DNA of 32,000 bases from Nonlabens ponticola. GTDB taxonomy: Bacteria; Bacteroidota; Bacteroidia; Flavobacteriales; Flavobacteriaceae. Location of the stretch: assembly GCF_003966335.1 (NCBI RefSeq), contig NZ_CP034549.1, forward strand, positions 750,001 to 782,000, in the 5' to 3' direction. Shown here piece after piece: positions 25,012 through 32,000 of this stretch (the stretch's first letter is position 1; every line of letters begins with the position of its first letter). Below the pieces are notes generated by a model, which saw only the letters and a program-made list of their open reading frames with translations, had not been told where the DNA came from and made no database searches. The position numbers and the translations under genes were made by a program.

Positions 25012-25119
25012 AGAGTTAGTTGTACTCAAAGGTAGCATTTTCAAGAGTAATCTATAACGTTGTAGCGACTGCCCACTTGCCCATGGTTTTTCATGTGTTA
25101 TGTAGATGGATGTGATTCA

Positions 25120-25133
25120 GCTTTCGCGAAAGC
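25120..25133. repeat. Palindrome core copy 8, in the gpsA/lipoprotein divergent spacer
   Basis: Perfect GCTTTCGCGAAAGC with flanks tcA...Gga. Confidence 0.95.
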
Positions 25134-25228
25134 GGAATTATAAAAACCGGTAAACAACAGAAAAACAGATGTTTATAAAAATGGCATGATTTTCGAAAAC
25201 GTTATAGTGAATTTAAAAATCAAATATT

Positions 25229-26125
25229 ATGAAGGCAATAACTACTTTTTTGGGCGGTCTCGCACTTGCCGTTACTTTGACTAGCTGTGAGGCAGATGTA
25301 GTGATAGGTAATCCAGTAGTGGAGCCTACACTAAATGAAATTATGGAGTCGCACGAGATCTGGTATTTGGATTTGAATAGCTCTCAAGGACCACTAGATG
25401 TGCCGTTTATGACGCGTGCGTTTACCCTGAGTTTTGATTATGGGACTTTGTTTGCAAACAATAATATAGCAGGTATAGGTAGAGCTGGTGCAGGATTGGG
25501 TATTGATGTAGGTGCTTATGATGGTTTTGGCGATTTGTTGACGATCAATCACGATCTCGATGGTATCCATGAATTTAGAGTGATCGTGAGAGATTTCAAT
25601 AGATTAGAATTGCGTGATCTGGTCTCTGGAACTCGATACTTTCTAGATGGTTACAGTGTCAATAATTTTGACTATGATCGATTGTTCTACAACAACATCC
25701 AGTACTTCTTACAAGAATACCAGACTTGGGAAAAAGTGTATACTAGTAATGAAGGTGCGATCAATGAATTTGACGAGGAAAATTTCTTGAGATTTTTACC
25801 AGGAAGCGATGCAGATATTTTTCAAAGTTCTAAGGATAGAAATGGAACCAATGCTGGTAACTTATTCTATGATTATGAAGGTGAATATTGGGTGGAAGAT
25901 GTCACGCCAGGCTCGCTTAACAAGCATTTAACGCTCGATTATGATTTTATAGGCAATGATTATTTCGATCTTTACGTGATTGATGATGGGACTATTGAAC
26001 TATTTCATGAATCATCGGGAACTACCTATGAATTCAAGGGTAAAGGTAGGATCGTTATTAAAAATAATACTGGCAGTAAATCTAGGTTGCTAGATGTAAA
26101 TCGCTCTAGAGAAAAGAAAAAATAA
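25229..26125 (+). CDS. Hypothetical lipoprotein
   Basis: 298 aa. Signal peptide with lipobox LTSC. Rich in D/Y/N/F. No family recognised. Confidence 0.6.
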   Translation: MKAITTFLGGLALAVTLTSCEADVVIGNPVVEPTLNEIMESHEIWYLDLNSSQGPLDVPFMTRAFTLSFDYGTLFANNNIAGIGRAGAGLGIDVGAYDGFGDLLTINHDLDGIHEFRVIVRDFNRLELRDLVSGTRYFLDGYSVNNFDYDRLFYNNIQYFLQEYQTWEKVYTSNEGAINEFDEENFLRFLPGSDADIFQSSKDRNGTNAGNLFYDYEGEYWVEDVTPGSLNKHLTLDYDFIGNDYFDLYVIDDGTIELFHESSGTTYEFKGKGRIVIKNNTGSKSRLLDVNRSREKKK

Positions 26126-26160
26126 ACTCTACGGAGTTTGAAGATTTGGTTGGTTGGAAG

Positions 26161-26196
26161 CCGCCTGATGACTTACTGGTCACGGGCGGTTTTTTT
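26161..26196 (+). terminator. Rho-independent terminator of the lipoprotein gene; its T tract overlaps the nadD stop codon
   Basis: GC-rich stem CCGCC...GGCGG with inner TGAC/GTCA pairing and one bulge, followed by a 7-nt T run (26190-26196). Confidence 0.65.
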
Positions 26197-26782
26197 ATTT
26201 GTAGAAATTCATTTCTTCTATGTATCGCTGCACATCATCGTGCATGAAATATCGCAAGTCTTTGCTTGCCGCTATCCCATCGCGTATCATGGTAGATGAG
26301 ATCTCCATAATAGGTGCCTCAATCCTAGTTATGGATGGATGGTTTTTAAGTTCATCAGGCACGTCACCAGGCGATATTCTAGGGTACACGATGATGCTGT
26401 ACTCATCCAGAAGTGTTTGATAGTTTTTCCACCGTGGTAGGCTTTTCAAATTATCTTCTCCCATGATAAGTGTAAAATCGTAGTCGGGATATTTTTCAGT
26501 TAGATGAGCAAGCGTATTTACCGTGTAGTTAGGTTGTGGTAAATTGAATTCAATATCACTAGGCTTGATCTTATCATAATCATCAACGGCTAGATGCACC
26601 ATGTGAAGACGCTGTCTATCGTCCAGCAAAGTGTTTTTCTTCTTATGTGGATTATGTGGCGTGACTACCATCCATATTTGATCTAGATCACTATGTTCAA
26701 CCAGATAATTTGCAATGGCAAGATGGCCTATGTGTATAGGGTTAAAGGTGCCAAAATACAATCCTATCTTACTCTTCTTCAT
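26195..26782 (-). CDS. nadD: Nicotinate-nucleotide adenylyltransferase
   Basis: 195 aa. GTFNPIHIGH (HxGH) and ISSTMIR motifs. Confidence 0.9.
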   Translation of the reverse strand: MKKSKIGLYFGTFNPIHIGHLAIANYLVEHSDLDQIWMVVTPHNPHKKKNTLLDDRQRLHMVHLAVDDYDKIKPSDIEFNLPQPNYTVNTLAHLTEKYPDYDFTLIMGEDNLKSLPRWKNYQTLLDEYSIIVYPRISPGDVPDELKNHPSITRIEAPIMEISSTMIRDGIAASKDLRYFMHDDVQRYIEEMNFYK

Positions 26783-27368
26783 GACTAGCTACTGGAGCGT
26801 TTATGTAATCTTGCACGACGCGATAAGCCTTATTTTTTGCCTGATCTAGATCATCATTTTCTATAATGACGTCAAATTGAGGTGCAGTTGCCATTTCGGT
26901 ACTTGCCTTTGCAACGCGCATGGCGATCTTCTCTTGGCTTTCTGTTTTTCTTTTCTTGAGTCTTATTTGCAGCTCATTGATGGACGGTGGCTTTACAAAA
27001 ATCGCAATCGTGCGATCAGGAAATTTTTTCTTGAGTCGCAAGCCACCTACCACGTCGATGTCAAAAATGACATTTTTACCTTGAGCCCATAACCTTTCTA
27101 CCTCAGTCTTGAGTGTGCCATAGAATTGATCTTTATAGACCTCTTCAAACTCTAGGAACTTTTCATCACGTATGCGTTGCTTGAACTCTTTTATACCAAG
27201 AAAATAATAATGAACACCATCGATTTCACCTTCACGAGCTTCTCTGGACGCAGCACTTATTGAAAAGGCTAGATTGAGTTCCTCTTGTTTGAGTAAATGT
27301 CTTACCAGGGTGGTTTTACCTGCACCAGATGGCGCACTGAATACGATAAGCTTAGGTACGTTATTCAT
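26769..27368 (-). CDS. gmk: Guanylate kinase
   Basis: 199 aa. P-loop SAPSGAGKTT and a GMP-binding region (REGEIDGVHYYF). 14-nt overlap with nadD. Confidence 0.9.
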   Translation of the reverse strand: MNNVPKLIVFSAPSGAGKTTLVRHLLKQEELNLAFSISAASREAREGEIDGVHYYFLGIKEFKQRIRDEKFLEFEEVYKDQFYGTLKTEVERLWAQGKNVIFDIDVVGGLRLKKKFPDRTIAIFVKPPSINELQIRLKKRKTESQEKIAMRVAKASTEMATAPQFDVIIENDDLDQAKNKAYRVVQDYINAPVASHEEE

Positions 27369-28234
27369 TACAGCACGTTGAGTAGTTGTTCTTTTATTTT
27401 TTCCAGCTCATCTTTCATTTGAACCACTAGTTGCTGCATGGCAGCATGGTTTGCCTTGCTACCTATGGTATTGATCTCACGACCTATTTCTTGAGAAATA
27501 AAAGCTAGTTTTTTTCCTTGAGATTCCGGAGCATTCATAGTTTCCAGAAAATACTTCAAATGATTTTCTAGCCTTACTTTCTCCTCTGTAATGTCGTATT
27601 TCTCTAGGTAATAGATTAGTTCTTGTTCAAAACGATTCTCATCTACCTTTTCCTTAAGATCGATCACAGCTTTTTCTAATCTTGATCGAACATCAGCAAG
27701 TCGTGTCACATCTTCTGATAAAATTTGATGAAGTAGATTTTGGATGTTTTGAATTCGTTCATTAAAATCACTTTCCAGAACTTTTCCCTCTTGAGTTCTG
27801 AAGGATTGCACTTCTTGCAAGCATTGCGACGCTAGATCTAACACTTTTTGTAGATCATCTTTGGATACCTCGTGACTGCCAGAGGCAAAAATATCTGTAA
27901 AACCAGATGCGATTTGGAGTAGGGTAGCATCATCGACACTATCAGTTCCAGGCACTTGTTTAAGTTGCTGGATGTAGCTGGCAAGCTTATCGGGATCTAA
28001 TGCCTCTACATTGCTGCTATCCGTGCTTTCTACATGCAGTGAGAAATCTATCTTACCACGTTTAAGCAGTGATGCGATGAGCTTTCTTATTTCTAGCTCT
28101 TTACCGCGGTAGTCTGACGGCATGCGCATATTGAGATCGATATTCTTGCTGTTGAGCGTGCGTATCTCAATAGTGATCTTATGTGATGAGGTTTGAGTGA
28201 CTGTCTTCCCATAGCCAGTCATAGAGGTAATCAT
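27368..28234 (-). CDS. yicC: YicC-family protein (stress-induced, endoribonuclease family)
   Basis: 288 aa. N-terminal MTGYG motif and a C-terminal DUF1732-like EIGREINTIGSKAN. TAATG junction with gmk. Confidence 0.85.
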   Translation of the reverse strand: MITSMTGYGKTVTQTSSHKITIEIRTLNSKNIDLNMRMPSDYRGKELEIRKLIASLLKRGKIDFSLHVESTDSSNVEALDPDKLASYIQQLKQVPGTDSVDDATLLQIASGFTDIFASGSHEVSKDDLQKVLDLASQCLQEVQSFRTQEGKVLESDFNERIQNIQNLLHQILSEDVTRLADVRSRLEKAVIDLKEKVDENRFEQELIYYLEKYDITEEKVRLENHLKYFLETMNAPESQGKKLAFISQEIGREINTIGSKANHAAMQQLVVQMKDELEKIKEQLLNVL

Positions 28235-28275
28235 GCAATCTATTTTAGACTGTCAAAGATAATTTAAACTAGCAG

Positions 28276-28875
28276 CTAGTTAAAATCATATTCCTCGTCT
28301 GCAATCTTGTTGCGCAATCTACTTAATGATTGTTGTCTAATGCCTAGATAAGAGGCGATATCCTTGAGAGGTAAGCGCTCCTCAATCTCGCTAAAACGCT
28401 CCATGAACTTCAAATATCTTTCAGTCGCGTCACGAGTTATCATCCTTGCTTTTTCATCCAGCATATTGTGATAACGTTGCAGCATCAATTTGTGAAATGC
28501 TGGCGAGAGGCCTGGATACAATTTATTCATGTATTCAAAATCTTGATATTTAAAACACATGACTTCACCTGCTTCAACACAAGAAATTTGAAGATTAGAA
28601 GGCGTTTGATCTATAAAGCTGTACATCGATGTCATGACATCATTATCTGCCACAAAGCGTATGGTGTGCATTTCTCCTTTTTCATCTATAATACTGCCCT
28701 TAAGTATTCCAGATTTAATAAAGTAGATATTGTCGCATACCTCACCTAGATGTAGTAAGATTTGCTTCTTCTTTACTTTAACGACCTCCAGCATACTGAA
28801 GATCTCATTTGCATAAGTTAAAGAAGGCCTATCACCATCGCCCGTTAGATCGTGAAGGAATTCTGGTAGTTCCAT
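28276..28875 (-). CDS. Crp/Fnr-family transcriptional regulator
   Basis: 199 aa. cNMP-binding beta-roll followed by a C-terminal HTH (DIASYLGIRQQSLSRLR). Confidence 0.8.
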   Translation of the reverse strand: MELPEFLHDLTGDGDRPSLTYANEIFSMLEVVKVKKKQILLHLGEVCDNIYFIKSGILKGSIIDEKGEMHTIRFVADNDVMTSMYSFIDQTPSNLQISCVEAGEVMCFKYQDFEYMNKLYPGLSPAFHKLMLQRYHNMLDEKARMITRDATERYLKFMERFSEIEERLPLKDIASYLGIRQQSLSRLRNKIADEEYDFN

Positions 28876-28938
28876 TTAGTTACTCTTTTCACTGACAAAG
28901 ATGATAAATCTTAGTTGTATAAACAACATATATTGAGA

Positions 28939-29958
28939 TTAATACAAGATACTGTCCTTAGGCTCAACAGGTTCGGGAAGCTCTTTCTCATCAAGAATGT
29001 CACGCAAATCAATCTCTATTGTCCTACATAAAGCCGTCATAGGGACATCATTTATTCTACCTTCAAACGGGTCTTCACTGTTATCACCCACTACTTCCAT
29101 GGTACTAAAAATCCACATGACCAACACAGAAAATGGAATTTGTAGGAAAATGAACCACGGTTGCATATCAGGATCGAGAATGGAAGTGGTGTGCTCGTCA
29201 AAAACGTTGAGCATACCAAAAGGTAGCAGCAGGATGAAAATCCACGTAAAAACCTTGGTAAAATAGCCATATTGTCTAGGGAAAGGTGTGTTTTTAATAC
29301 GCTCGCATTTACCCTGTAGATTATAGAATTCTTCTAGGCAGCTGTGCATCTGGTCTTCCTGGAACCCATCAAGAACGCCAGCCTTGCGAAGGCGTTGAAT
29401 AGTTCTCGCTTGATTTTTTACTAGATGCGTGGCTGGATTGACTCTATTCTTAAGATCAGCAAACTCACGCATCGGTACAAAGTTGTAGGCCTCATTACAG
29501 GCGATATTACGCTCCGCATGTTTGTCAAACATTTTTTCAATGGCTCTAGTTTCTTTGATCGCCCAGGATTTGGGTTGACGCAATTGTACTCTTAAGGCAT
29601 TGATCCATGCAATGTGACGGTAGATAAGTTGTTTTTGTTCCTTGTACTGCTGTTCTTCATCGTCCATTTCTATGAAGCTTATTGCTTGTATCGCCCAGGT
29701 ACGACTATAATTAACGATGCCACCCCAAATTTTACGACCTTCCCAAAATCGATCATAACTCTGACTATTTTTAAAACCTAAGTAAAACGAAACTGCAATA
29801 CCGATGACGGTTAGTGGCTGGAAAGGAATAGCAAGAAACTTCCATCCTAGGAATTGATAGATGGAGAAAATAACGCCACAATAAACTGTAAAGATTAAAA
29901 GATTGAGCCAGCCATATTTGAGAATGATGCTCCACTCAATGTTGCGTTTGATATACAT
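28939..29958 (-). CDS. Bestrophin/UPF0187 (YneE-like) family anion channel
   Basis: 339 aa. An N-terminal TM pair and a characteristic FKNSQSYDRFWEGRKIWGGIVNYSR segment. Confidence 0.8.
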   Translation of the reverse strand: MYIKRNIEWSIILKYGWLNLLIFTVYCGVIFSIYQFLGWKFLAIPFQPLTVIGIAVSFYLGFKNSQSYDRFWEGRKIWGGIVNYSRTWAIQAISFIEMDDEEQQYKEQKQLIYRHIAWINALRVQLRQPKSWAIKETRAIEKMFDKHAERNIACNEAYNFVPMREFADLKNRVNPATHLVKNQARTIQRLRKAGVLDGFQEDQMHSCLEEFYNLQGKCERIKNTPFPRQYGYFTKVFTWIFILLLPFGMLNVFDEHTTSILDPDMQPWFIFLQIPFSVLVMWIFSTMEVVGDNSEDPFEGRINDVPMTALCRTIEIDLRDILDEKELPEPVEPKDSILY

Positions 29959-30000
29959 AAGGTCGTGATTGGTTTCGTAAATTTAGCCCATTGATTTTTA

Positions 30001-30666
30001 ATGGCTTCGACACTACTTTCAACGAGATTACTTACCGTAGCGCAACAGGAACTCGTCCTGAATAGTGGTCATGGTCTGGTACATTATGCTTGCCTTGAAA
30101 TTATAGATCATGAGGTATCGATGATCGATATATCGGCATCTCACATCATAATCACCAGCAGCAATGCAATCACAGCGCTTAAAAAAATCCCTAGAGACCT
30201 AATACAACAGGTTTACTGTGTAGGTGAGAAAACTGCAGCGCGAGTAGAGGACATGGGTTTAAAACCAGCTATCGTTTCTAGCAATTCAACACAACTGGCT
30301 CACGCCATTTCACAACATCATCCTACACAAGAGTTTCTGTTTCTATGTGGCAAGGATCGACGCGAGGAATTGCCAGCTATTCTCAAGAAGAATAATGTCC
30401 TTTTTAAAGAGATAATCGTCTATGAATCGGTGATGGTTCCCAAGAGCTTTGATCGTAAATTTGCAGCAGTTTTGATGTTTAGTCCTCGTGGCGTTTATGC
30501 TTTCGCGAAAGCTAATAACGCACAACCAGACAACGTTATATGTATAGGCGAGACGACCGCTCAAGCAGCAAGAGAAATTTATAAGGTCGTGCACGTTGCC
30601 ACCAAGCATACGGTAGAAAACGTCATAGTAACCGCTATTAAAGTATTGAACAATGATAAAAAATGA
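30001..30666 (+). CDS. hemD: Uroporphyrinogen-III synthase
   Basis: 221 aa. HEM4-like two-lobe pattern (ITSSNA...; FSPRGV...IGETTA). 14-nt overlap with hemE supports the assignment. Confidence 0.7.
   Translation: MASTLLSTRLLTVAQQELVLNSGHGLVHYACLEIIDHEVSMIDISASHIIITSSNAITALKKIPRDLIQQVYCVGEKTAARVEDMGLKPAIVSSNSTQLAHAISQHHPTQEFLFLCGKDRREELPAILKKNNVLFKEIIVYESVMVPKSFDRKFAAVLMFSPRGVYAFAKANNAQPDNVICIGETTAQAAREIYKVVHVATKHTVENVIVTAIKVLNNDKK
30496..30514. repeat. Palindrome core copy 9, inside the hemD CDS (core 30499-30512 encodes A-F-A-K-A)
   Basis: Perfect GCTTTCGCGAAAGC in codon phase 0. The 19-mer is identical to 6526-6544. Confidence 0.95.
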
Positions 30667-31672
30667 TTTATTTCTAAGAGCACTGAGAGGTGAAACAGTA
30701 GAGCGACCACCAGTGTGGATGATGCGACAGGCCGGACGTTATTTGCCAGATTTCATGAAGCTTAAAGAGAAATATGACTTTTTTACACGTTGCCGCACGC
30801 CAGAGCTAGCTACTGAAATTACCGTCATGCCCATTGAACAAATAGGCCCAGATGCTGCGATCTTATTTTCTGATATTCTCGTGATACCACAAGCCATGAA
30901 TATTGAGGTTGAGATGCGACCTGGTGTAGGTCCATGGTTGCCCAATCCCATAAGAACTGCAGCAGATCTTGACCGTGTGGTCGTGCCAGATGTCAAGGAT
31001 TCCTTGAGCTATGTGATGCAGGCTATTGATATGACCAAGGATGCTCTCAACGATGAGGTACCGCTCATAGGTTTTGCAGGATCGCCATGGACTATTTTAT
31101 GTTACTGCGTGCAAGGACAAGGAAGCAAGAATTTTGATAAGGCAAAAGAATTTTGTTTCACCCAGCCGCAAGCAGCGCATGAGTTACTGCAACGCATAAC
31201 AGATACTACCATAGCTTATTTGATAGAAAAGGTAAATCACGGCGTCAATGCCGTGCAGGTTTTTGATTCTTGGGGTGGCATGTTGTCACCAGTGGATTAT
31301 CAAGAATTCTCGTGGAAGTACATACAGCAAATCATCAACGCATTGAAACCTTATACTGAGGTGATTGTTTTTGGTAAAGGTTGCTGGTTTGCACTTAACG
31401 ATATGGCCAAAAGTGGTGCCAGCGCACTAGGCGTCGATTGGACCTGTAGCGCACGCAACGCTCGATATCTTTCGGGTGGTGAAATCACTTTACAAGGAAA
31501 TTTTGACCCATCACGATTATTCTCACCACCTGCGACCATCAAGAAAATGGTCAAGCAGATGATAGATGAATTTGGTAAGGATAAATTTGTAGCAAACCTA
31601 GGTCACGGAATATTGCCCAACATTCCTGTGGAAAATGCGCAAGCCTTTGTGGATGCTGTAAAGGAATATTGA
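30653..31672 (+). CDS. hemE: Uroporphyrinogen decarboxylase
   Basis: 339 aa. Signature [15 protein letters not shown] and further family-wide motifs. Confidence 0.95.
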   Translation: MIKNDLFLRALRGETVERPPVWMMRQAGRYLPDFMKLKEKYDFFTRCRTPELATEITVMPIEQIGPDAAILFSDILVIPQAMNIEVEMRPGVGPWLPNPIRTAADLDRVVVPDVKDSLSYVMQAIDMTKDALNDEVPLIGFAGSPWTILCYCVQGQGSKNFDKAKEFCFTQPQAAHELLQRITDTTIAYLIEKVNHGVNAVQVFDSWGGMLSPVDYQEFSWKYIQQIINALKPYTEVIVFGKGCWFALNDMAKSGASALGVDWTCSARNARYLSGGEITLQGNFDPSRLFSPPATIKKMVKQMIDEFGKDKFVANLGHGILPNIPVENAQAFVDAVKEY

Positions 31673-32000
31673 TGAGTACGTTCCTGCGCAAATACAACAG
31701 GTTCTTGCTGCGCCTATCGCCACAGAGCAATTTGGTGTATGGTTTCTTTATCTATAATCTTATAGGCTTTTTGCTGTTATGTTTGCCTTTTGCGCGCAAA
31801 ACATCCTTGTCGGTCATTGATGTCTTATTTGCATCTACCAGCGCTATATCTACCACTGGATTGCTGACATTAAGCATGCCAGATGATTTCACCTTTTTTG
31901 GGCAGTTTGTGATCATGCTGTTATTTCAAATAGGTGGTATAGGTTACATGACCTTTACCACTTACATACTGCTTAATACTAATAAAAAGGCGAGTGCCTG
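31672..32000 (+). CDS. TrkH/KtrB-family potassium transporter, N-terminal part (3' end off-window; not in the ORF track)
   Basis: My own translation: [18 protein letters not shown]...VLFASTSAISTTGLLTL...LLFQIGGIGYMTF. It has a selectivity-filter-like TTGL and a QIGGIG. The ATG overlaps the hemE TGA (TGATG). Confidence 0.65.
   Translation, partial: MSTFLRKYNRFLLRLSPQSNLVYGFFIYNLIGFLLLCLPFARKTSLSVIDVLFASTSAISTTGLLTLSMPDDFTFFGQFVIMLLFQIGGIGYMTFTTYILLNTNKKASA

Noticed and set aside
25052-25207. 10-bp inverted repeat CTATAACGTT / AACGTTATAG flanking the gpsA-lipoprotein spacer, almost centred on the palindrome at 25120-25133
   Set aside because: The sequence between the arms shows no further symmetry when the halves are compared. 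A single 10-mer in AT-rich DNA could be chance.
3252-30512. Considered whether the repeated palindrome is a CRISPR array or its remnants
   Set aside because: Copies are kilobases apart with irregular spacing. The repeat is a 14-22 bp perfect palindrome. Half the copies are inside conserved genes, and no cas genes or leader are present.
1-32000. Looked for tRNA, rRNA, riboswitch-like leaders, IS elements, integrases and toxin-antitoxin pairs
   Set aside because: I found no T-loop/acceptor-stem-like sequence, no rRNA-like stretch and no transposase or integrase motifs in any frame. Absence of small ncRNAs cannot be proven by eye.

Overview
This 32-kb chromosomal segment reads like a Flavobacteriia/Bacteroidota core-genome region. 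It has moderate-to-low GC by eye and dense coding on both strands. Several TAnnTTTG-type -7 boxes and many lipobox proteins fit that assignment, as do the GH3-family, FeoB-associated Cys-rich and long RecQ architectures. I support about 32 CDS. In order they are: GH3 (partial), feoA-feoB plus a small Cys-rich ORF missing from the ORF track, a 4-TM unknown, a cold-shock protein, a recQ-SpoU/TrmH-like pair, an unknown lipoprotein, an AhpD-like protein, recJ, a PAS histidine kinase plus stand-alone receiver, lpxH, a tandem RskA-like lipoprotein, and an OmpR/HK two-component pair. These are followed by an AlbA_2/Schlafen-like protein coupled to a PPP phosphatase, an SPFH-GYF_2 protein plus a double zinc-ribbon membrane protein, a secreted unknown, ALDH7-type dehydrogenase, gpsA, a lipoprotein, nadD-gmk-yicC, Crp/Fnr, bestrophin, hemD-hemE and a partial TrkH/KtrB. 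I saw no rRNA, tRNA, CRISPR array, transposase or integrase. The strongest signal not explained by genes is a highly iterated 14-bp palindrome, GCTTTCGCGAAAGC, with 7 perfect and 2 degenerate copies. In spacers it occurs as a 22-32 bp element (TTACGCTTTCGCGAAAGCGTAA). It also lies in frame inside four conserved genes (recQ, recJ, the phosphatase, hemD), using all three reading frames. A second hairpin repeat family (TGTCATGCTGAG...) clusters in spacers. There are three candidates for poorly described systems: the GTGA-coupled AlbA_2-like/PPP-phosphatase pair, the SPFH-GYF_2/zinc-ribbon pair (YdjI/YdjG-like, no PspA), and the duplicated RskA-like lipoprotein divergent from a two-component system. 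All homology calls come from motif recognition by eye. No database search was run.
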